Shown one piece after another: positions 10,159 to 18,944 of a stretch of 64,000 nucleotides of DNA. The number at the start of each line of letters is the position of its first letter. The stretch's first letter is position 1. The notes under the pieces were generated by a model. It worked only from the letters and a program-made list of their open reading frames with translations, was not told where the DNA came from and ran no database searches. The stretch comes from Opitutales bacterium (GTDB lineage: Bacteria; Verrucomicrobiota; Verrucomicrobiia; Opitutales; PNEW01), in contig CBDCNV010000002.1 of the NCBI GenBank assembly GCA_965219535.1, positions 2,154,981-2,218,980 on the forward strand, written 5' to 3'. The translations under genes and the position numbers were made by a program.

Positions 10159-10354
10159 AGCTTCGTCTTCGTCTGCCTCGATCTCTTCGTCCACCCAGTT
10201 GATTATAATATTAAGGTGGAACGCGGTGTCCCTACCGCGTTAGAGAGTTGTAATTGAAAAAGCGTGCTAGGGACAGCCCGCTCCACCTTAGATTACAAGA
10301 TTTTATCGCATTAATTTATAAAAATTAACTGTGTCAAAGACGCATACGAAGATT
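10159..10354 (+). repeat. composite MITE-like repeat, copy 1 (cttcgtcttcgtc ends plus central hairpin)
   Basis: The central arms aaggtggaacgcggtgtccctaccgcg (10213-10239) and cgtgctagggacagcccgctccacctt (10263-10289) are an imperfect inverted repeat. cttcgtcttcgtc lies at 10161 and a degenerate gacgcatacgaagatt at about 10339. Related copies lie at 13938 and 50144. Confidence 0.75.
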
Positions 10355-10436
10355 AATACAAATTAATGGCTGGTGTAGATTACACCTTAATCTTTGCCCC
10401 TTTATAACAGCACGATAATCAGCAGGTTCATACCAT

Positions 10437-11708
10437 CTAACGCAAATCGAGGCATTTCATCTCTGTTTGACTGCGCAGGATAAGTTTGCCGTCGCTAAAA
10501 GCCATCGGTCCCCACATAGTTCCTTTTTCATCATCAAACACTTTAGTACGCGCCAGTTCTTTGTAGGCATGAGGATTGGGATCGATCATAGCCAGTTCAC
10601 CAATCTTTCCATCGAGAATAAGAAGCAACCCCCCGGTAATAATCAAATTCCCTCTTTCGAAATTCGGTGAGGTTCGAGTCTGCCATTTAATTTTGCCATC
10701 GAGGTCTAGACATACCAACCCATCCGGGTTGTCACCGCGTAAGTTTTCGTTGGTGTTAAAGTTTGCATAAAGATAATTATTAAACAAAAGAACCGGTTGA
10801 ATCTGTGAACCTTGTTCTTCCATACGGAATAGTTCAGCCACCTCGAATTGCTTACCCTTAGCAGTAACCTTAATCATTACGGAACCTGCACCGTAACCAC
10901 CGGAAACAAATATCCTGCCGTCCCCAATGGATGTTACTGAGGGGATGGGAATCCTATTAAAATATCCTTTATACTTCCAAAGGATTTCACCGGATCCTGG
11001 ATCTATTGCTGTTAGCTGATCTTTCGTTAACATCACAACAGCTTCAACACCTGAAATCTTTCGTAAGACAGGTGAAACATAGCTGCCGCCTCCGATAGGT
11101 TCAGATTCCCACACGACTTTTCCCGTCGCTCGATCTAATCCTGCTAAGCCGGCACTTTTACTCATTGGTGCGACAATGAGTAAGTTTTTATAAATCAATG
11201 GCGACTGGCTAAAACCCCAGCGGGGAGGTTCAGAATCAAATGTATCGAATAGATTTATGGTCCAAACTTCTTTCCGTGAATTCCGGTCAACACAGTAGAT
11301 ATTTCCAAAGGGGCTGACCGCGTATATCAGGTTTTTACCAATCGAAGGTGTGGATCGTGATCCATTGTAGCCGACTCTGCCGGGAGCTTTATAGGAGACC
11401 CTCCACAATTCTTCGCCGGTTTCCAGATTCAGACAGCGAAGAATATCGTTTTCGTCGTTCATACGATCCAGTAAATATACTTCGCCTTTTCTAATACTTG
11501 CTCCGCCGAAACCTTCACCCACTTCTTTTGCCCATAGAACCCTGGGCCCGTTTGCAGGCCATGAACGTGCGATTCGCCCTTTCTTTATTATTCCATCCTG
11601 ATTGGGACCGAGAAATCGTGACCAATCAGCTGCTAAAGAGCGAGAATCGCAAACAGAAAGCAAAATACTGATTGCACCTAACAAAGAATAAATAAAACAT
11701 CTTTTCAT
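10437..11708 (-). CDS. PQQ-like (BamB-type) beta-propeller repeat protein, secreted
   Basis: 423-aa ORF with a signal peptide and repeated G-x-V/I-Y..d..G.l.a.D..tG...W blades. Confidence 0.7.
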   Translation of the reverse strand: MKRCFIYSLLGAISILLSVCDSRSLAADWSRFLGPNQDGIIKKGRIARSWPANGPRVLWAKEVGEGFGGASIRKGEVYLLDRMNDENDILRCLNLETGEELWRVSYKAPGRVGYNGSRSTPSIGKNLIYAVSPFGNIYCVDRNSRKEVWTINLFDTFDSEPPRWGFSQSPLIYKNLLIVAPMSKSAGLAGLDRATGKVVWESEPIGGGSYVSPVLRKISGVEAVVMLTKDQLTAIDPGSGEILWKYKGYFNRIPIPSVTSIGDGRIFVSGGYGAGSVMIKVTAKGKQFEVAELFRMEEQGSQIQPVLLFNNYLYANFNTNENLRGDNPDGLVCLDLDGKIKWQTRTSPNFERGNLIITGGLLLILDGKIGELAMIDPNPHAYKELARTKVFDDEKGTMWGPMAFSDGKLILRSQTEMKCLDLR

Positions 11709-11838
11709 GTTACTGATTTTACTGTTAAGGCATAATTCCAGTTTTGTCGAGAGTGTCTAAATAGAAAAATGGATCTGACTTCTACGAGAAGTTATTGCCC
11801 TCACAAAAATTTGCGCCCTGTTGAGCCCTGGTTTTTAT

Positions 11839-13908
11839 ATGATTAATCCTATTTCGATAAGTAATTTTAAATCTGGGTGCTTCGTAATAATTTCATTGGC
11901 CTTGTTTTTCGCTTCTGATGCGATAGGGGAAGATGAAAGATCGGGAGAGTCAATTACGGAACTCCCAGAGTTAGTGACTGAAACTCAACCTTTTTTATTT
12001 CAAAAAGGAGTCGCGTCCAGTTTGTCATTTATTGATACCGAAAAGTTGGATCGTTCAGGATTAGATTCAATTTCTCAATTGTCCGCCCAGTCGCCAAACC
12101 TGAATATCAGCAATAATTCACTGCGCTCTTTTGGCGATGTTTACACGATCCGTGGAATAGGGAACACCGCTTTTTTTAGTGATCCGGGAGTTGTCCTTTA
12201 CATTGATGATGCGCCTTTTGGAAACGCCTTCGCCTACGCGCTCGATCTATATGACGTTGAGGAACTGGAAATTCGGAGAGGACCTCAGGGTACATTTTTC
12301 GGTCGTAACAGTGAAGCAGGTGTCATTGAGGTTAGGACCAGGCAACCGGACAATACTTTGCGGACGAGCGCGGCTGCAATCTTTGGCAATTATGATCGTC
12401 AGGAATACAGGGTTTCCTTCTCAGGGCCTCTCGTAAGCGATCGGCTATTTATCAGTTTGAATGGAGGGTATGCTCAGCACGACGGCTTCGTGCACAACAC
12501 ATTTTTAAATAAGAATACGGACACACGGGATTCATGGATTGGCCGTATGGCCCTGCGTTGGGTGCCAAGCGAGGAATGGGCAATAAGTTTCGGACTCAAT
12601 GGTGAAATGTTCGATGACGGTGATCAACGAATCGTCTCTTTAAGTGGCGATCCATTTCAAGTAAGCTCAGATTTTGAGGGTAACACACAAATAGATCGCA
12701 ATACACAGTCGCTTAAGGTGGCTCGCTCTTTCGATTGGGGTGTAATCACCTCCATTACAACACGCCAGGATTGGAGCCTCAATCCCAACACTCTCGATCT
12801 CGATCTTTCGTCCGATCCTTTTTTTACTTCTACGATAACGCAATTTCAGGATTTATGGACTGAGGAATTGCGTGTGGAATCGAAAGAGAGTGATGAGAGT
12901 ACCTGGCATTGGCGGACTGGATTATTCTTTCTCGATAGTGAGAACAACGGTGACTCGGTTCGCACTTTCTTTGGTGCCCCAGAGAGAACGGTCTATACTA
13001 TCAAGGAGAGTAACTACTCATTCTTTGGAAGCGTAATACATAAGCTGTCTGATGATTTTGAAGTTGTCGGTGGTATCCGTTACGATTACACGGAGAAGAC
13101 TATAGACCGGGTAAAGGCTAGCGTTCAGGGGCAAAATCTGGAAGTAATCCGCGATGTTGATGATTCGAATTTTATCCCCACACTCGGTTTGAGTTATCAA
13201 CTTACTAAGGAATTAAATGTTTATGGCTCAACCGGATTAGGTTTTAAATCCGGTGGGTTTTCGGCTTTCTCCGATGATCCCATTGTTTCTCAATACAATA
13301 CGGAGACAGTCTGGAGCAATGAATTCGGAATAAAAATGCTGGCGTTTAACGATAACATGCAACTTTCTCTCTCAGCCTTTTATAACGATATCGACGATTA
13401 CCAGGTTGAACGGTCGTTCACTTTAACGGATTATATTATTGTCAATGCACCGAAATCCCACTCGAGCGGGATAGAGCTGGAAATGGTAAGCAACCCTGTT
13501 GAGCCATTAGAAATTGGGGTCACATTTGGTTACACGAATTTTGAATTTGATGAATACCTGGATCCATTTTCCGGAAATGATTTTAAAGGAAAGCGAGCAC
13601 CCTTTACACCTGAGTTTACCCTAAATATCTCCGCTCTGTATGAACATAAAAACGGGTTCTTTGCCTGGATCCAATTTAATGCTTTAGGAGATGTCTATTT
13701 CGACGAAGCGAATACCCCCCGCTATAGGCAATCTGATTATGGTTTGCTAAACGCCAGGTTCGGCTATCAGCGCGATTGGTTCAGCGTGGTTCTTTTCGGG
13801 CGCAATCTCACGGATACAAATTATTTCACGAACAAAATCATCGACCTCGACGCCGGAGTCCCCGGCGAACCCCAAACGTTTGGCTTTAAGACATCGATCA
13901 GCTTTTGA
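11839..13908 (+). CDS. TonB-dependent receptor
   Basis: Plug-domain motifs (IRGIGN, EELEIRRGPQGTFFGRNS), a long beta-barrel region and a C-terminal aromatic residue (SISF). The ATG at 11839 is preferred over the TTG at 11821. Confidence 0.85.
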   Translation: MINPISISNFKSGCFVIISLALFFASDAIGEDERSGESITELPELVTETQPFLFQKGVASSLSFIDTEKLDRSGLDSISQLSAQSPNLNISNNSLRSFGDVYTIRGIGNTAFFSDPGVVLYIDDAPFGNAFAYALDLYDVEELEIRRGPQGTFFGRNSEAGVIEVRTRQPDNTLRTSAAAIFGNYDRQEYRVSFSGPLVSDRLFISLNGGYAQHDGFVHNTFLNKNTDTRDSWIGRMALRWVPSEEWAISFGLNGEMFDDGDQRIVSLSGDPFQVSSDFEGNTQIDRNTQSLKVARSFDWGVITSITTRQDWSLNPNTLDLDLSSDPFFTSTITQFQDLWTEELRVESKESDESTWHWRTGLFFLDSENNGDSVRTFFGAPERTVYTIKESNYSFFGSVIHKLSDDFEVVGGIRYDYTEKTIDRVKASVQGQNLEVIRDVDDSNFIPTLGLSYQLTKELNVYGSTGLGFKSGGFSAFSDDPIVSQYNTETVWSNEFGIKMLAFNDNMQLSLSAFYNDIDDYQVERSFTLTDYIIVNAPKSHSSGIELEMVSNPVEPLEIGVTFGYTNFEFDEYLDPFSGNDFKGKRAPFTPEFTLNISALYEHKNGFFAWIQFNALGDVYFDEANTPRYRQSDYGLLNARFGYQRDWFSVVLFGRNLTDTNYFTNKIIDLDAGVPGEPQTFGFKTSISF

Positions 13909-13937
13909 ATGCTGTTTAATAATGGGTATTAATAACT

Positions 13938-14102
13938 AATCTTCGTCTTCGTCTGCCTCTTCGTCTTGGTCCCCTGTAATCAATTACTGCAATATTAAGG
14001 TGGAACGCGGTGTCCCTACCGCGTTTAAGGTAGCAAATGAAGAAGCGTGCTAGGGACCAACCTTCGCCAAGGCTATGGCTGGCAGGCAGCCCGCTCCACC
14101 CT
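13938..14102 (+). repeat. composite MITE-like repeat, copy 2
   Basis: Has aatcttcgtcttcgtc and the same hairpin arms as copy 1. The right arm carries an extra segment caaccttcgccaaggctatggctggcag, which is also present in copy 3. Confidence 0.75.
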
Positions 14103-14154
14103 GGAGTCCCCGGCGAACCCCAGACGTTTGGCTTTAAGACTTCGATCAGCTTTT
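14103..14154 (+). repeat. 52-bp duplicate of the TonB-dependent receptor 3' end, including a stop codon
   Basis: Matches 13855-13906 with 2 mismatches. Both copies end in an in-frame stop (TGA, TAA). Confidence 0.9.
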
Positions 14155-14217
14155 AAAACAAAAGTAAAAGGAGCAGCAGCCAATAAGCTTATAAATGATG
14201 GAGCTTTGTCTTCGTTT

Positions 14218-14416
14218 GTCATTGCGAGGAGCAACGCGACGCGGCAATCCAGGCAAATATTCAATGTGTTTACGAAAGCAAGTCTTCGTTAAGATTCACG
14301 AAAAAATGTAAATGAAAATGATATAGCGCTAGCATATTTAATGAGAAATATAGGAGATCGGTTAATTCAATATTCCTGGATTGCCGCGGTCGGCTTATAA
14401 CCTTCCTCGCAATGAC
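14218..14416. repeat. inverted pair of gtcattgcgagg...gcaatccagg arms enclosing an AT-rich core
   Basis: Left arm 14218-14253 and right arm 14375-14416 (cctggattgcc...cctcgcaatgac) belong to the same arm family as the GIY-YIG element at 59215. Confidence 0.8.
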
Positions 14417-14432
14417 AAACTAGGACGATGTC

Positions 14433-15110
14433 CTATCTACCCAGCACCTTTTCGAGCCAGTAGGCGATGACGTTGATCTCTTCCTCACAGACGGCATGCG
14501 CCATTGGATACTCTATCCATTTAACTTTATAATGCATGTTAATCAACATATCTCTAGATGCTTTAGCCAGCGGGAGAGGAATGATGGGATCGTGCTGGCC
14601 GTGTATCATTAACACAGGTGTGTTCTTATTGTTGAGGTGGAGAGGCGGTATTGATGAATCCTTAGCATCCGCAATATGCGTGGATAGCGCAAGGATACCG
14701 GCCAATGACTGGTGATAACGCAATCCCGTATGCAAAGCAATAGCGCCACCCTGAGAAAATCCGGCGAGGATAAGATTCTGTGAGAGAATACCTAATTGAA
14801 TCTCCCGTTCTATAAGCTGTTCAATTTTTACACGTGTATTTTCAATGCCAGTCCAATCCGTTTTTTCAGGATTGGCCAATTCTACAATGTCGAACCACGC
14901 GGGCATCATCATGCCCCCGTTAACCGTAACCGGGAGGGCGGGTGCATGCGGTAAAACAAACCGCGTGGGAAGCGATGCGTTTTCTGCTAATTGAATGGCG
15001 ACAGATTCAAAGTCGTGACCATCCGCACCCAATCCATGCAGCCATAATACCGAGACCTCCGGGGTTTTTGAGGGATTTATCTCAACACAGGGTAATAGGT
15101 CGTCGCTCAA
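14433..15110 (-). CDS. carboxylesterase / phospholipase family alpha/beta hydrolase
   Basis: 225 aa with the nucleophile elbow GFSQGG and a conserved His near the C-terminus. Confidence 0.8.
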   Translation of the reverse strand: MSDDLLPCVEINPSKTPEVSVLWLHGLGADGHDFESVAIQLAENASLPTRFVLPHAPALPVTVNGGMMMPAWFDIVELANPEKTDWTGIENTRVKIEQLIEREIQLGILSQNLILAGFSQGGAIALHTGLRYHQSLAGILALSTHIADAKDSSIPPLHLNNKNTPVLMIHGQHDPIIPLPLAKASRDMLINMHYKVKWIEYPMAHAVCEEEINVIAYWLEKVLGR

Positions 15111-15382
15111 ATCTATCTTAAATGGTGAAGCCAGAAGGCTTATTATTTTATAATAGCGTCCTCAAAAAAATATTAACCCGAGGACACTGAGGCCACAGAG
15201 TATAAGAATAATAGTCAGCGCTTTTTTTTCCTGCTGAGTCAGCTGCCAGGGCATGTGTGAAATAATTAATAGTTTATCTTAATCCGCAAGGTTTTCTTTA
15301 GGGGATACAGGTTGCCAGATGCGAGATGCAGAAGGAATTGGGAGTGAACAGTAATCAATTATCAGCTATTTTCGCTTATCTT

Positions 15383-15752
15383 GTCATTGCGAAAGAGGCG
15401 CAGCCGACTGCGGCTACCGAGCGCAGCGACATCTTCCATTCCAGGAGGGCGACAAAACGCTTTCGACATTCCCCTGGATCGCCACGGCTGAACAGCAGCC
15501 TCGCAATGACAAGACGAGAATTATTCTATGCGTGTTTTTCTGCCGGGCCTGGCCAGCGGGTCTCGCAATGACAAAGTAATGAACAGGAAGCGTGTTTTAT
15601 ATATCCTCTAATTGATTACCCTTTATTGTCATTGCGAGGAGTGAAGCGACGAAGCAATCCAGGGGGTTGACAATACGCATCAGGCATCTCCCTGGAATGG
15701 AAGGTGTCGCTCCGCGGCTGCGGGATTCGGTAGCGTCATCACCAACTCGCAA
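15383..15752. repeat. cluster of at least five arms of the gtcattgcgagg / ctaccgag...cgacatcttcc family
   Basis: Arms at 15383-15445 (+), 15473-15510 (-), about 15553-15572 (-, partial), 15628-15663 (+) and 15691-15752 (-). Confidence 0.8.
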
Positions 15753-15760
15753 AATTATTC

Positions 15761-16999
15761 CTAAATAAAATTCATCGGTTTATATTTTTTACCGAGAATA
15801 TTGGCTGGATCGCAATCGAACCACTTATTTAAGAGCGTAGAATATACCTGCCGAAAATCAACGCTGTGTGTAAGATCGGTCTTCAAATCAACATCTAGAT
15901 TGGGTGATCGCCCGATCAGAGACTGTTTTAAAGAATTCCCCATAACAAATAAGGGAGCGGCTGTACCGTGATCAGTTCCTCTTCCATTATTTTCAGCGGG
16001 TCGCCGACCGAATTCGGAAAAGGTCATCGTGAGTACCTGATCCTGTAGAGAATGACTTTCCAGATCCGATTGGAATGCAGCCATCGCCTGGGATAATGCG
16101 GCTAATAATTGAGCGTGAGTATTAAGCTGATTAGTGTGTGTATCAAATCCACGATGCGAAACAAAGTATACACGTGTTTCCATTCCCGCGGCGATCATCG
16201 AGGCAACCTGCTGCAAGGATCTCGCGAGGGGGGTCCGGGGATAATCCACAGCAGGGCGATAGCGAGTGGTAATTTTTTTCACCTCTTTCTCCGTGACAAG
16301 GGCATCCATCATTGTGTGCTTTAAAAAACCGGCGGTATTATCACTTGAAGTGTGAGTAATTAACTCTTCCAGTAAATTCTGATTAGTGGGCTGGCGTCTA
16401 TTATTCCTCTGTAAACTGAGACCATATAAGTTGTGAGTCTGCTCCGAATGAAATGACTGGGGGAGTTGATTGCTTATATGAATTCCCGCTGGTTCATCAA
16501 TTGGCGGAGCGCCATCACATTTATTATCAAAGTATCGACCCAGCCAACCCGTCTGGAGGTATTCATCGCTATCACTACCCGTTTCCCAGATTTCCATGGA
16601 GCGAAAGTGGCTGCGATTGGGATTGGGGTAGCCCACATTCTGAATGATGGATAATTTACCCTCGCGATGAAGTTCTGCTAATTCACCACAGGATTTATGA
16701 AATCCCAGGGTATGAGTGATAGGAGTTACGGCATCTTTGCGAAGACCAAGTCGAGGGCGTAAACGGTAATAATTTGCGTCTTCAAAAGGGATGAGTGTGT
16801 TTAATCCGTCGTTACCACCCGCCAGTTGGATGAGAACTAAAATCGATCGATCCTTTTCAGGCGCCGGTAATTTTGCCAGTGTCGTCTGCGTGAGGAAAGC
16901 GGGCGCGAAGGAACTGAAAGCCACAAGCCCTATGCCCCCCAGTCCCGATTTTAGAAATTCACGGCGTGTGGTCGGAGTTTGTAAACTATCATTTTTCAT
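15761..16999 (-). CDS. DUF1501 family protein (sulfatase-like fold, Tat signal)
   Basis: Twin-arginine leader TRREFLKSGLGG, then LAGGNDGLNT and GFDTH motifs. Paired with a DUF1800 gene, as is usual. Confidence 0.85.
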   Translation of the reverse strand: MKNDSLQTPTTRREFLKSGLGGIGLVAFSSFAPAFLTQTTLAKLPAPEKDRSILVLIQLAGGNDGLNTLIPFEDANYYRLRPRLGLRKDAVTPITHTLGFHKSCGELAELHREGKLSIIQNVGYPNPNRSHFRSMEIWETGSDSDEYLQTGWLGRYFDNKCDGAPPIDEPAGIHISNQLPQSFHSEQTHNLYGLSLQRNNRRQPTNQNLLEELITHTSSDNTAGFLKHTMMDALVTEKEVKKITTRYRPAVDYPRTPLARSLQQVASMIAAGMETRVYFVSHRGFDTHTNQLNTHAQLLAALSQAMAAFQSDLESHSLQDQVLTMTFSEFGRRPAENNGRGTDHGTAAPLFVMGNSLKQSLIGRSPNLDVDLKTDLTHSVDFRQVYSTLLNKWFDCDPANILGKKYKPMNFI

Positions 17000-17000
17000 T

Positions 17001-18493
17001 TTAACTGAGCTGGTACTGTGGTGATTGGAGAAGAACTGCTACCAGGTTTCTAATCTTCTCTGTTCTATTAGCTGAACCTTGATTTAAGTATTTCATAAAA
17101 ACTAAATGAATTTCATCATTATCAAAGTCGGAGAGAAAATAATTAATAAAATGATCGACCATGGCTTCGTTTTTCATTCCTGCGATGCCTTGTATCATTT
17201 TTTCAGTTACGGTAATTTTACCCCTGTTTTCCCGATGCGCTCTTAACAAGGCTGTATAATCGTCCGCATTGAGGTTATCTTCTTCAAGGGGAGAGAACAG
17301 TGTTTCGATCAATTGACGTCGTGCAGCTAGCGTTGAAGCGTTAATCCAGTTTTTTCCACCGACCCATCCGCGAACATTGGGGGTGCGAAGAAGGGCTGTC
17401 CCATATTGCGAAGAGCATTCAGGGTGTGAGAAGGGAAGGGGGCCACATCGAGATTTAGATCCTGAAGCAATCCAAAATAAAAATGAGTGGGGCTCTTTAT
17501 CAAATTGCCCCTGAATTGCGGGTGAAAAAATATCCGGCTCTTAAAGACGGTTTTAATAAGAGAACCAAGATTGAAATGATTGCGTCGCCAGATATTACCG
17601 AGTGATTTGAGATAGGAATTTTCTAATGTGACATCGGTGGAGAGATAAAAGTGGAGGAATTCGTTTGGCAGGAATGTCCTTGCAGCTGATTGATCGAGCG
17701 CGAGATCAATGACATCGTCACCGCTCCATTTACCTTTTCGGTTGAATACAATTTTGCTTCCATCATCAAATTGGCGTCGATTGAAAAAGAACACATTATG
17801 GCGTATTTTATATCCGGTGAACGCGCGCGCGGCTTCCTTAATGTCTTTTTCCGTATAATTTCCCTCTCCTAAGATAAAGAGTTCAAAGAGTTCACGGGCA
17901 AAATTTTCATTCGGATGTCCTTTACGGTTTTGCTGTAAATCAAGGTAATTGATCATCGCCGGAGATCGGCTCACCGCCTTACAAAGTGTATCGAAATTAC
18001 TGTTTATATTTTCCCGTAAGAGCGATTGATGAAGATACAGCCAGTAAGGGTTGCGTGTTTTAGGTAGACCAACAACCAATACATCTTGTAGAAACATCAC
18101 CATCTTCTCATACGGTGCATTATAGTCTTCGCGTGCGAATTGAATCCAATTCAGCCCATATTCTCGATAAGCTTCATTAAATTTACGGCGTATTTCACGT
18201 CTGGCTTTTTTTTGTTCTTCGAGACTGCCACCCATCAATCTTTGGCCCATTTCACGTGTATTCTCACGCGCAAAATTAATCTTTGGAGGCATTGGCATCA
18301 CTCGTTGTTTTGCAAAGTAATGATCGATCGTTGCCGATAGGCCGCGTTCAAGTGCTTCTTTGGTTTTGTCTGGCGTCGCAGAAAAACCGATTCGCCGCAA
18401 TAAATGCGACGCTGATTGAGCGTTCCATTCTGAATGCGGCAGGGGATTCCATGCCACATAAGGGGTGAGTTCTTTGTATTCTTCAGGCATCAC
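17001..18493 (-). pseudogene. DUF1800 family protein, frameshifted at a homopolymer
   Basis: The two ORFs (17327-18493, 17001-17312) together form one DUF1800 protein. The conserved PPNVRGWVGGKNWI motif is read only after a 1-nt shift at the G5/C5 run 17378-17382. Confidence 0.75.
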
Positions 18494-18602
18494 AGGTACA
18501 CACTCTTAAACAGCGTGCACCTGGTAAAGTTGCAACGCGAATGGTTTTAATATTTTCCTGTTGACCGTAGGCTACCGCAATTATTGTACTCTATGCTTTT
18601 CA

Positions 18603-18692
<90 letters not shown>

Positions 18693-18944
18693 TTTTTATA
18701 AGTAATTTTATATTATAGCCTTATAAATATTTAGTTTTTCGTAGTTATGCCATACTGACAATAAACTGACAATAGACACGCCAATATCCAAGGATAACGT
18801 AGACTGAAATTTATTACTTTTCCCCTGATAATTTAGAGGGGCGGGGGGGTATTAAAATACACGTCTCCTCTCAATCGATTATCCATTAACCTGTATGCAG
18901 CGGAGGTGATTTTTCCGCGAGGGAACACAATACACCTTGAAGGA

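Noticed and set aside
14047-14292. ORFs covering repeats (14047-14292, 15326-15571, 49761-49958, 49812-50033, 59593-59820, 9835-10194).
   Set aside because: Their sequences are translations of the dispersed repeat families (VIARSNATRQSR, LAMT, EDEDE strings). They are not independent genes.
15383-15752. Considered whether the dense gtcattgcgagg repeats form a CRISPR array.
   Set aside because: The units are inverted relative to each other, differ in length and have irregular spacing. There are no unique spacers of constant size and no cas genes nearby.
18693-18944. Looked next to tRNA-Ser for an integrase gene or a repeat of the tRNA 3' end, which would define a classical genomic island.
   Set aside because: There is no integrase ORF, and I saw no copy of gggttcgaatcccaccctctcc elsewhere in the window. 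The island idea is kept only as a weak inference.
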